From Alphaproteobacteria bacterium (GTDB taxonomy: Bacteria > Pseudomonadota > Alphaproteobacteria > RF32 > CAG-239), in assembly GCA_045634545.1 (NCBI GenBank), contig JAZRAL010000012.1, forward strand, positions 1 to 57,894: a stretch of DNA of 57,894 nucleotides. The letters are read 5' to 3'. Both the position numbers and the translations under genes were made by a program. The notes under the pieces are model-generated. The model searched no databases. It had not been told where the DNA came from and worked only from the letters and a program-made list of their open reading frames with translations. Of this stretch, positions 19,960 to 28,669 are shown piece after piece; position 1 is the first letter of the stretch, and each line of letters opens with the position of its first letter.

Positions 19960-22355
19960 TTTTGTAAATAGCTCCCCATAATTTTCTTTTTACCAACTTT
20001 GTCAAAAAATACTTCGCATTTTTCTCCGTCAACATTGATGATTTTACCGTATCCAAAGCTTGGATGGTATACTCTAATTCCAACTAAAGGACTAGTCTTT
20101 TTTGTTTGATAAAAATAATCATTTTGTGCTTTTTTATTATAGTATCCATTGCTAGAATAGCCATCATAACCAGCATCTTCATAGCTATCAAAATATCCAC
20201 TTTTTTCCTTTTTCTTGTATTGTGAACCATAGCTAGAATATCCATTATCATAAGAAGATGATTTGTTATAATAATCCCTGCCTCCGCCATAACTATAGTT
20301 GTAGTTATTACCATAGTTACTAGTTTTAGGTTTTGCATACCCAGTGTTATTAATTAACTCAATGCAAGAAGGAGGTAGCTCGTTTAAAAATCTTGAAGGA
20401 TTATATGTTTGCCATTGTCCATAGAGTTTTCTATTAAAAGACATGGTGATATACAAAATCTTTTTAGCTCTAGTAATAGCCACATAAGCAAGTCTTCTTT
20501 CTTCTTCAAGTCCTTCATCTTCACTACAATCTAAGCATTTTTGATGAGGGAAAATACCTTCTTCCCATCCAGGGAGAAACACCGCATCAAATTCCAAACC
20601 TTTAGCAGCATGAAGTGTAGATATAATAACCTTATTCTCATTGCTATTGTATTCATTATCAATAACAAGGCTAACATGCTCTAAAAATGTTCCCAAATTT
20701 GGATAAGTTTCACTATCACTCATCACATTAAGAAGTTCTTTTATATTTTCGATTCTACCTGGAGCTTCAACGGATTTGTCATTTTCTAGCATCTCCATAT
20801 AGCCAGATTCATTTACAACTTGTTCAGCAAATTCTCCAAGGCTAATTGCTTGCATAACCTTGCGCCATTCCGTCATAAGGTTGATTACATTATCAAGTGC
20901 GCTTTTTGTTTTTCCGCTAAATAATCCTTCGTCAACCATATTAACCATTGTTTGATACAATGGTGTTTTATCAAACTTTGCTCTATCTCTAATTTTATCA
21001 ACTGTTTTGTCGCCAATTCCTCTTGCAGGTTTGTTGATTATTCTCTCAAAAGCCAAATCATCACTAGGTTGTAAAATAAGCCTAAAATAAGCAAGCATAT
21101 CTCTAATTTCAGCTCGTTCATAGAACTTTAATCCGCCAACAACTTTGTAAGGAATAGATTCTTTGATGAAAATTTCTTCAAAACTTCTTGTTTGAGATGC
21201 AGTTCTAACCAAAATAGCCATTTCTTCATAATCATAACCATCATATCTTAGGCTATGTATTCTTTCAGCAATATATTTAGCTTCATCATCACCACTATAA
21301 GTGCTAACAACTTTAATCTTTTCATTTTTGCATCCAGAAATAGGGCTATGCTCAGCAACTCTTAAAGTTTTTCCTAGTCTTTTAGAGTTATGTTTAATTA
21401 CTGCACTAGCCGCTGTTAAAATATTTTCAGTAGAGCGGTAATTTCTTTCTAGCCTAATTGTTTCAGCCTCAGGAAAGTCGCTATTAAATTTCAAAATATT
21501 TTCAATTTCAGCGCCTCTCCAAGAATAAATAGATTGGTCGTCATCACCAACACAGCAAATATTTCTATACTTTTGAGAAAGAAGTCTTAAAAGCAAATAT
21601 TGAGTAATATTTGTGTCTTGATATTCATCAACCATTATATACTTAAATCTTTCTTGGTATTCATTTAGTATTTCAGGATTCTTAAGCAAAATATCCAAAA
21701 CATAGAGCAATATATCGCCAAAATCCACGCAGTTAAGCTCAATCAAACGATTTTGATATTCTTTATAAATAAAAGTTGTCATATTGTTTTTATATTCATT
21801 TACAACTTTATCAGCTGTTAAGCCCTTGTCTTTAAAGCGAGAAATTTTCTCTAATACTGCTTGAGGAGTAAATTGCTTTTCATCAATATTGTTGTCTTGT
21901 AAAATTTTTTTAATAACTCTCTTTTGGTCGTCTTCGCCAAGTATTGTAAAATTGTCTTTTAATCCTGCTTTTTCAGGAAATCTTCTCAATATTTTAACGC
22001 AAATACTATGAAATGTTCCAAGCCAAACAGAATTTACTGTATCGCCAATAAACCCTCTAACACGTTCTTTCATTTCATTAGCAGCTCTGTTAGTAAAAGT
22101 AACTACCAAGCAATTCCAAGGTCTTGCAATGTTGTTGTTTAAAATATATGCAAGTCTAGTTGTTAAAACCTTTGTTTTACCTGTTCCAGCACCAGCTAAA
22201 ACAAGTAAAGGTCCTTCTGTTTTAAGGACGGCTTGTTTTTGTTCGGGATTAAGCCCATCAACAAAACTAGGTTCTGGTCTTAAAGCGCTAATATTATCAA
22301 AAATATTAGGAGCTAATTCGTTTTCATTATCGTCAAAATCAAAAATGTTACTCAT
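19953..22355 (-). CDS. uvrD: ATP-dependent DNA helicase UvrD/PcrA
   Basis: LAGAGTGKT, VDEYQD, VGDDDQSIY, LERNYRST, STLHAAKGLEF, EERRLAYVAITRA; C-terminal Tudor-like HPSFGYG. Confidence 0.94.
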   Translation of the reverse strand: MSNIFDFDDNENELAPNIFDNISALRPEPSFVDGLNPEQKQAVLKTEGPLLVLAGAGTGKTKVLTTRLAYILNNNIARPWNCLVVTFTNRAANEMKERVRGFIGDTVNSVWLGTFHSICVKILRRFPEKAGLKDNFTILGEDDQKRVIKKILQDNNIDEKQFTPQAVLEKISRFKDKGLTADKVVNEYKNNMTTFIYKEYQNRLIELNCVDFGDILLYVLDILLKNPEILNEYQERFKYIMVDEYQDTNITQYLLLRLLSQKYRNICCVGDDDQSIYSWRGAEIENILKFNSDFPEAETIRLERNYRSTENILTAASAVIKHNSKRLGKTLRVAEHSPISGCKNEKIKVVSTYSGDDEAKYIAERIHSLRYDGYDYEEMAILVRTASQTRSFEEIFIKESIPYKVVGGLKFYERAEIRDMLAYFRLILQPSDDLAFERIINKPARGIGDKTVDKIRDRAKFDKTPLYQTMVNMVDEGLFSGKTKSALDNVINLMTEWRKVMQAISLGEFAEQVVNESGYMEMLENDKSVEAPGRIENIKELLNVMSDSETYPNLGTFLEHVSLVIDNEYNSNENKVIISTLHAAKGLEFDAVFLPGWEEGIFPHQKCLDCSEDEGLEEERRLAYVAITRAKKILYITMSFNRKLYGQWQTYNPSRFLNELPPSCIELINNTGYAKPKTSNYGNNYNYSYGGGRDYYNKSSSYDNGYSSYGSQYKKKEKSGYFDSYEDAGYDGYSSNGYYNKKAQNDYFYQTKKTSPLVGIRVYHPSFGYGKIINVDGEKCEVFFDKVGKKKIMGSYLQKC

Positions 22356-22476
22356 CTTATAATATTTCTTGTTTTTTTATCCTATGAATCTTATATATAT
22401 CTCTATAAAGTATCTTTTCATAAATAAAAAGTATTTTGTTTTAATTTAGAACAGAAATAAAACATTGGGGGATTTT

Positions 22477-23466
22477 ATGAGCGACGTAAAAGAAAAAATC
22501 ATAGCTTTGCAAAAATATCTAGATAGCAAAATCATAGGTCAAAAAGACTTAGTAGAAAAGCTTATAATAACATTATTGGCAGATGGTCATGCGTTGTTAG
22601 AAGGTGCTCCTGGTCTTGCAAAAACAAAAGCCATAAAAACTCTTTCAGAATGTATCAAAGCAACTTTTAATCGTATTCAGTTCACCCCAGACTTGTTGCC
22701 ATCAGATATAACCGGAAGTGAAATTTATGTGGCAGAACGTTGCGATTTTGATTTTAGAAAAGGTCCAATCTTTGCAAATCTAGTTTTGGCAGATGAAATA
22801 AATCGTGCGCCAGCAAAAGTTCAATCTGCGTTGTTAGAATCAATGGCAGAGCGTCAAGTAAGTGTTGGCGGTAAACAATATAAACTTCAAGAACCATTTA
22901 TGGTTTTAGCTACCCAAAACCCAATCGAACAAGAAGGAACATACAATCTTCCAGAAGCTCAATTAGATAGATTTTTAATGTATATCAAAATAGATCATCC
23001 AAATGCCGAAACAGAGCACAAAATTCTAAAATTAGTAAGGTCAGAGCAATTAGGAACTAAAGAGCAAGACCTAAGTTGGCAAGAATTCTCTAAAACTGTA
23101 GGTAAGCTAGAAATAGCAGATATCTTAAATGCTAGAAGGGAAGTTTTATCTATTCACATGAGTGATGCTTTAGAAGAATATCTCGTTCAGTTAGTTGTTG
23201 CAACACGTAGCCCTGAAAAATACGATTCTTCACTAAAAAATAGTATTCTATTTGGAGCAAGCCCACGTGCAACAATTGCTTTAGATAAGTGTTCTAAAAT
23301 TCATGCATGGCTTGATGGACGAGATTTTGTAACTCCAGATGATGTTCATGCTGTAATATATGATGTTCTTCGTCACAGAATAATCTTAAGCTTTGAAGCT
23401 CAAGCAGAAGGCATTACAACAGATGATGTAATAACATCATTATTAAAAACAGTTCCATTACCATAA
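22477..23466 (+). CDS. MoxR family AAA+ ATPase
   Basis: EGAPGLAKT, RIQFTPDLLPSD, ADEINRAPAKVQSALLE, ATQNPIEQEGTY, GASPRA. Start placed at the ATG after a GGGGA RBS. Confidence 0.93.
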   Translation: MSDVKEKIIALQKYLDSKIIGQKDLVEKLIITLLADGHALLEGAPGLAKTKAIKTLSECIKATFNRIQFTPDLLPSDITGSEIYVAERCDFDFRKGPIFANLVLADEINRAPAKVQSALLESMAERQVSVGGKQYKLQEPFMVLATQNPIEQEGTYNLPEAQLDRFLMYIKIDHPNAETEHKILKLVRSEQLGTKEQDLSWQEFSKTVGKLEIADILNARREVLSIHMSDALEEYLVQLVVATRSPEKYDSSLKNSILFGASPRATIALDKCSKIHAWLDGRDFVTPDDVHAVIYDVLRHRIILSFEAQAEGITTDDVITSLLKTVPLP

Positions 23467-23483
23467 TATAATGGCATAAAAGA

Positions 23484-24413
23484 ATGATATTTTTTAAAAA
23501 GAAAATAGAAGAAAAGCAAAAATCTAATGGCTTATATGCAAGCCTAGATGATTTGTTTGAGCAAAAAAAATATCTTCCATACATAAAACAACATCACAAT
23601 AACGTTACATCAGATAATGTTGGTAATATTCGCTCAGCCTTTAAGGGAAGAGGTATAGAGTTTGAAGAAGTTCGCTTATATAGCTTTGGAGATGATGTAA
23701 GAGACATAGACTGGCGTGTGACGGCAAGACTTGGAAATACTTTCACAAAAGTATTCTCTGAAGAAAAAGACCGTGAAGTATATGTTGTTCTAGATTTGTC
23801 GCCATACATGGTTTTCGGTACAAAAAAGGAGCTAAAATCAGTTTCGGCCTCCAAAATCTCTGCTTTGCTTGGTTGGCAAAGCTTGTCCAATAAAGACCGC
23901 TTTGGTTTGATGTTATATGATGGTAAAACAACAAAACTATACAAGCCGCAAAGCAATCAAAAAAATCTAATGGCAATTTTAAAAGCAATATCAAGTACAA
24001 GCAAAAAGATACTAAACAACAAACAATACACAAAATCAGACCTAAAAGATCCACTAGAACTTTTGCAATATAGTATAAAATCAAGAGCAATGGTTTTTGT
24101 TGTAAGTGATTTTAAAAACACATCAGAAGAAGCGCTAAAATCATTAGTTGCATTAACAAAAAAATGCCGAGTATATTGCATAAATGTCTACGATTACGTA
24201 GAAGAAATACCACCATCAAATGGAGAATATGTAGCAGAATATAATGGCAAAAGATTATTTTTTAATACTATGTCATCAGATTTTAAAGATACATATTATG
24301 AATATTTTGCAAAAAAACGCCAAACAATGGAAAAGTTCTGCAAAAAATTTAATTGCCAATACATAAACATCAGAACCGACAAACCACTACATAAACAATT
24401 AAAAATTTTATAA
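23484..24413 (+). CDS. DUF58 family protein (MoxR partner)
   Basis: GRGIEFEEVRLY..GDDVRDIDWRVTAR, DLSPYM.FG, VVSDF. Confidence 0.9.
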   Translation: MIFFKKKIEEKQKSNGLYASLDDLFEQKKYLPYIKQHHNNVTSDNVGNIRSAFKGRGIEFEEVRLYSFGDDVRDIDWRVTARLGNTFTKVFSEEKDREVYVVLDLSPYMVFGTKKELKSVSASKISALLGWQSLSNKDRFGLMLYDGKTTKLYKPQSNQKNLMAILKAISSTSKKILNNKQYTKSDLKDPLELLQYSIKSRAMVFVVSDFKNTSEEALKSLVALTKKCRVYCINVYDYVEEIPPSNGEYVAEYNGKRLFFNTMSSDFKDTYYEYFAKKRQTMEKFCKKFNCQYINIRTDKPLHKQLKIL

Positions 24414-24462
24414 TTCTTTAACTATCGCATATTACAATACCTCATAAATAAAGAGGGTTATT

Positions 24463-25530
24463 ATGAAAAAAATATCAATCATATTAAGTATAGCAGTCAT
24501 ATCACTTTTAAGTATATGGTATTATCATTTAAACAAAATAACTATAAGTGTTATTGTTCCGGTATATAATTCAGAAAAATATATCTCTCGTTGTCTAGAT
24601 AGTATACTTAAGCAAAAAGGTAATTTTGAAATTGTAATAGTTGATGATGGTTCAACAGATTTAAGTCCCAAAATCCTTAAAGAATATCAAAAAAATAATT
24701 CCAATATAAAAATAATTACTCAAAAAAACGAAGGGGTATCATCCGCACGAAACAAAGGACTAAAGGCCTCAACCTCAAAATACATAACTTTTGTAGATAG
24801 TGATGATTGGTTAGAGCCAAATGCTTTCAAAACAGCAATAAACATAATAAAAAAAGATTCTCCAGATGTTTTACTAACTGGATACTATGATGTATATGAT
24901 AGGGAGTGGGTAAAAAATGTAAGAGGAGAGGCGGATGCTAAAAAAGCCCCAGAAATAAAAAAATATCCAACACGTTCATTAGATAAATTACAAATATTTT
25001 CTCCATTCAAAGCAAAAGAAGCATATAGTGATTTATATTATTCAGGAACAGATATTCGAGGTAAGTTTTTCTTAAAAACCTTTATAGATAAGCATAATTT
25101 ATTCTTTACCGAAGATATAAATTGCGCAGAGGATATAATTTTTATATTCCAAGCATTTCTAAATGATTCGCTCGTATCTGTAACAACAGAGCCGATATAT
25201 AATTACTATAACAGAATAGATAGCGTATCCAAGAGTGAAAATATTATAAATTGGGCTCAAAAAAGCACTCAAAAAATGAAAGAAAAACCAGAATATAAAA
25301 ACGCAAACCGAAAAACTCAAATGCTAATAGATGATAGCTTCTTATTTTTGACAACTTTAGGTATAACAAATATATTGCGATATAAATCAACATTAGATGA
25401 AGTTAAAGCCCCCATAATGGAGGCTTACAATAGTTTCTCAATATATAACTCGACCGAGAAAAAAAGTTTAAGAAATTTGAAACAACTTCATAAACTTATT
25501 TTTGGTAGCAATCTTAATCAGCCTCTTTGA
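24463..25530 (+). CDS. Glycosyltransferase family 2 with N-terminal membrane anchor
   Basis: ISVIVPVYN, VDDGSTD, GVSSARNKG, FVDSDD, ED motif. Confidence 0.9.
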   Translation: MKKISIILSIAVISLLSIWYYHLNKITISVIVPVYNSEKYISRCLDSILKQKGNFEIVIVDDGSTDLSPKILKEYQKNNSNIKIITQKNEGVSSARNKGLKASTSKYITFVDSDDWLEPNAFKTAINIIKKDSPDVLLTGYYDVYDREWVKNVRGEADAKKAPEIKKYPTRSLDKLQIFSPFKAKEAYSDLYYSGTDIRGKFFLKTFIDKHNLFFTEDINCAEDIIFIFQAFLNDSLVSVTTEPIYNYYNRIDSVSKSENIINWAQKSTQKMKEKPEYKNANRKTQMLIDDSFLFLTTLGITNILRYKSTLDEVKAPIMEAYNSFSIYNSTEKKSLRNLKQLHKLIFGSNLNQPL

Positions 25531-26806
25531 TGCGCTCAATATTTGCGCCAACAGCTTTTAGTTTTTCTTCCAATTTTTCATAGCCTCTATCAAGGTGATA
25601 AACTCTATTAACAATAGTTTCTCCTTCAGCAACAAGGCCAGCTAAAACAAGAGCAAAAGAAGCTCTTAAATCTGTTGCCATAACTGGAGCACCAGAAAGT
25701 TTTTCAACACCTCTAACAATAGCAGAAGCTCTACCATGAATATTTATGTTTGCCCCCATTCTGCAAAGCTCAGGAACATGCATAAAACGATTCTCCCAAA
25801 TACTTTCAGTAACCAAAGATGCACCTCCAGCAACAGTCATCAAGGCCATATATTGAGCTTGTAAATCTGTTGGAAAGCCTGGGTAGTAGTCTGTATAAAT
25901 GTCTTCACCAACTAAGCTCTTGCCTCTAGCGTCAACAATAATAGAGTTATCTAAGTATTCAATACTAACACCCATCTTCTCTAAAACTCTTAAAGGTTGT
26001 TGAAGGTGTTCTGCATTAGCATTAACAAGCTCGATTCTACCTTTTGTAATAGCAGCCGCAATTGCATAAGAACCAGCTTCGATTCTATCAGCAACAACTC
26101 CATGAGTCGTCCCATTAAGCTCTGTAACGCCTTCAATAGTCAAAATAGAAGTACCGCGTCCTTGAATCTTTGCGCCCATAGAATTAAGCATATCAATCAA
26201 ATCAGTAATTTCAGGCTCTTTAGCCGCATTTTCTATCTTTGTAGTACCTTGCGCAAGGGTTGCAGCCATAAGAATATTGCAAGTAGCTCCAACAGAAGCC
26301 TTGCTAAATATAATATGCGCACCTTTTAATCCATTAGGAGCATCAGCAATAACATAACCATTTTTGATTTCAATATTAGCGCCCATTTGCTCTAAAGAAT
26401 TTAAGTGAATATCAATAGGTCTAGCACCAATTGCACAACCTCCAGGAAGAGAAAATTCAACATGTTTAAATCTAGCAAGCAAAGGACCCAAAACATAGTA
26501 AGAAGCTCTCATCTTTCTAACATAGTCATAAGGTGCAATAAGTTCTTTTATTTCGTCAGCTTTATAAACATAAGATGTTGAAGGCATTCCATTATATGTG
26601 TCATCTCTTTTTTCAACCTTATGTCCCATAAATTGAAGCAATCCATTAAGGAAAGTTATGTCAGAAAGATTAGGGATATTTCGTAAAACAACTTCTTTAT
26701 TAGTCAATAATGATGCGCAAACCAAAGGAAGTGCCGCATTTTTTGCACCGCTAATGTTAATTTTTCCTTCTAAAACATTTCCGCCAATAATTTTAATCTT
26801 ATCCAT
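25514..26806 (-). CDS. murA: UDP-N-acetylglucosamine 1-carboxyvinyltransferase
   Basis: SGAKNAALP, LPGGCAIGARP, PGFPTDLQAQ, ATDLRA, YHLDRGYE. Confidence 0.97.
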   Translation of the reverse strand: MDKIKIIGGNVLEGKINISGAKNAALPLVCASLLTNKEVVLRNIPNLSDITFLNGLLQFMGHKVEKRDDTYNGMPSTSYVYKADEIKELIAPYDYVRKMRASYYVLGPLLARFKHVEFSLPGGCAIGARPIDIHLNSLEQMGANIEIKNGYVIADAPNGLKGAHIIFSKASVGATCNILMAATLAQGTTKIENAAKEPEITDLIDMLNSMGAKIQGRGTSILTIEGVTELNGTTHGVVADRIEAGSYAIAAAITKGRIELVNANAEHLQQPLRVLEKMGVSIEYLDNSIIVDARGKSLVGEDIYTDYYPGFPTDLQAQYMALMTVAGGASLVTESIWENRFMHVPELCRMGANINIHGRASAIVRGVEKLSGAPVMATDLRASFALVLAGLVAEGETIVNRVYHLDRGYEKLEEKLKAVGANIERIKEAD

Positions 26807-26829
26807 AGTAGTCTCTTTCTTTCATAAGG

Positions 26830-26964
26830 TTATTTAGATTGTAAGGTTTTATTTTTTTGCTTTAGTTCTGCTTCTTGCTTTTTTCTTTTCTCAAGATTCT
26901 TTTTCAAAGCTTTAGCTTCTTTTTCAAAGCGAATATCTTTTTGCTTTTTTTGTGCGCACGTCAT
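26830..26964 (-). CDS. Small basic helical protein upstream of murA
   Basis: AGGGGA RBS before ATG 26964. The ALKKNLEKRKKQ motif recalls the small ORF often found upstream of murA in alphaproteobacteria (from memory, not searched). Confidence 0.65.
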   Translation of the reverse strand: MTCAQKKQKDIRFEKEAKALKKNLEKRKKQEAELKQKNKTLQSK

Positions 26965-27100
26965 AACATATCCCCTAAAATAAAATTGATGACTATATAT
27001 AAACCCCAAACTTTTAAAGAACGCAAGCATAATTTTACTTATTTTTTATAAATTAAAAACAATATGTTAAAAAAAAATCACAAAAAAACGAATTTTTTTG

Positions 27101-27128
27101 TTGCATTTACAAAAAACTATGTTATAAA
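27101..27128 (+). promoter_or_regulatory. Probable sigma70 promoter of the tRNA gene
   Basis: TTGCAT-N16-TATAAA with A/T tracts upstream. Confidence 0.5.
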
Positions 27129-27146
27129 ACACCCTTGTTAAGTGAT

Positions 27147-27221
27147 GCGGGCGTAGCTCAGGGGTAGAGCGCACCCTGGCCAAGGTTGATGTCGAGGGTT
27201 CAAACCCCTCCACCCGCTCCA
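27147..27221 (+). tRNA. tRNA-Gly (GCC), with non-canonical positions
   Basis: 75-nt cloverleaf GCGGGCG...GCTC/GAGC D-stem, anticodon GCC, GGTTCAAAC T-loop, U73 discriminator and encoded CCA. Confidence 0.85.
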
Positions 27222-27253
27222 ATCAAAAGGGCCACCGAAAGGTGTTCTTTTTC

Positions 27254-27385
27254 ATTGGCTAAGAGGGTGTGGTATTTGAACCCGAAAAGAGGGTTCGACT
27301 ACCAGCGAAAGGCGAACGGAAGTGCGCCGGTAAGCGTTAGCTTATGAGCGCCTGTGCGATAGAGCAAAGCGAAAATCAATCCCTT
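27254..27385 (+). other. GC-rich structured element linked to the tRNA 3' end
   Basis: Degenerate inverted copy of the tRNA 3' end, internal hairpins, and a split T-arm-like pair gagggttcga...aatccctt. Confidence 0.55.
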
Positions 27386-27391
27386 AAAAAC

Positions 27392-27421
27392 AAAAAAGCA
27401 CCTTTATTTAGGTGCTTTTTT
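27392..27421. terminator. Bidirectional intrinsic terminator
   Basis: aaaaaagcacct-ttattt-aggtgctttttt perfect stem. Confidence 0.8.
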
Positions 27422-27428
27422 ATTAGAA

Positions 27429-27671
27429 CTATTTGTGAAAATATCCTTTTAAATAATAATAGGCGAACCTACATAAAAAGAAGAAAATCACAAAGGGGGC
27501 AAAAACTGCAGAACAGAGCACAGCTAGTCCAAAAAATAAAACATTTGGAAATATTTCTAGCAATCCCCAACCAGCAAAAAACATTATCAAGAAAGCAAGA
27601 GCAACCGAACCAGCATCTATTAGCTTATCTCTAGAATAACGCCATGCTTTACTAAGTTTTTTATTCTTCAT
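27429..27671 (-). CDS. Small two-TM membrane protein
   Basis: 80 aa, two hydrophobic stretches, followed by a terminator. Confidence 0.55.
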   Translation of the reverse strand: MKNKKLSKAWRYSRDKLIDAGSVALAFLIMFFAGWGLLEIFPNVLFFGLAVLCSAVFAPFVIFFFLCRFAYYYLKGYFHK

Positions 27672-27743
27672 AATTTAATAATTATAAGTGTTTTCCTAAA
27701 AGACAATATTACAACTGATTATTTTTGTCAATATTTTAAAGTG

Positions 27744-27772
27744 TTGACAAAAAGGTCAAGGTGTGTTACATT
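27744..27772 (+). promoter_or_regulatory. sigma70 promoter
   Basis: TTGACA-N17-TACATT upstream of the 27805 ORF. Confidence 0.65.
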
Positions 27773-27804
27773 ATTAAACAAACCAAATTATATAGATATA
27801 CATT

Positions 27805-28548
27805 ATGAAAAAAGACGTAAAAATCACAAATGTGGTTGTTGATGAGGATGGATTTCACATCTCAACCGAGGAAGATATTCACTTCTTCATGGAAAAGAAA
27901 CTTATCGGAGACATTGTCCCTAAGACCGGCGATATTGTAACCCTTCACACATACGGTGGTAGCTGTATTAGGGGAATGGATATAAACTCTAAGCCAATCT
28001 ACTACAAAACAGATGAAGACCTTGAAAAGGATGCTGAAGCTTTCAGAGAGCAAGAAAAAAAGAGAAAACAGGCAAGTTTTGAGAAAAACAAGCCAACTTT
28101 AGACAGGCTCTTTTCACTTCTCCCAAAGCTTCTTCAGCATCGTATCGAGATGTTTAGGACATTTGTTCCTAACTATCGCATCGAGTGGGAGATGTATGAG
28201 CTCACCGCCGTTTTTCTTGGCTACAAGGTTTACCTTAACTGCAAAGCTCAGAGTTATGACGAGTTTTGCCAAAAGGTTGATAAATTCGACATTGGCAAAT
28301 ATGTTCGTACCCACAAAGAGCTTAAGACCTTTGGTATGTCCTTAAATCAGGGAGACTTTGCCCGCTACCTTGCAAAAGGAATTTTTGGAGATGTGTACAA
28401 CAGAAACATTGACATTAACAATCCAAAGCTAGACGATTTGAAAGAAGCTTGGGTTATGTATGCTCCTGATGCCATTTCTCCAATCACTGGAGGTACCCTC
28501 CATCCAAGAGGAAAGTATGTAGAAGAATACATCACCAAAAATCGCTAA
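27805..28548 (+). CDS. Hypothetical protein with atypical codon usage
   Basis: 247-aa ORF with its own promoter and terminator; more C/G-ending codons than its neighbours. Confidence 0.75.
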   Translation: MKKDVKITNVVVDEDGFHISTEEDIHFFMEKKLIGDIVPKTGDIVTLHTYGGSCIRGMDINSKPIYYKTDEDLEKDAEAFREQEKKRKQASFEKNKPTLDRLFSLLPKLLQHRIEMFRTFVPNYRIEWEMYELTAVFLGYKVYLNCKAQSYDEFCQKVDKFDIGKYVRTHKELKTFGMSLNQGDFARYLAKGIFGDVYNRNIDINNPKLDDLKEAWVMYAPDAISPITGGTLHPRGKYVEEYITKNR

Positions 28549-28550
28549 TT

Positions 28551-28589
28551 AAAAAACAGCTCTAAGCCCGTCTTAGGGCTGTTTTTTTT
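28551..28589 (+). terminator. Intrinsic terminator
   Basis: aaaaaacagctctaag-cccgt-cttagggctgtttttttt. Confidence 0.8.
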
Positions 28590-28669
28590 ATTTTAAATCA
28601 TAGATTAACCAAATCTTCAAGACTATATAATATAGTAATATATATTACATAACAACAAAGGGGTGAACA

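Noticed and set aside
27344-27634. 96-aa plus-strand ORF after the tRNA
   Set aside because: Runs through a terminator and is antisense to a more plausible membrane-protein ORF.
28594-28609. CtrA-like box (TAAA-N7-TTAAC) upstream of the PilT-like gene
   Set aside because: One mismatch to TTAA-N7-TTAAC; expected by chance in such AT-rich DNA.
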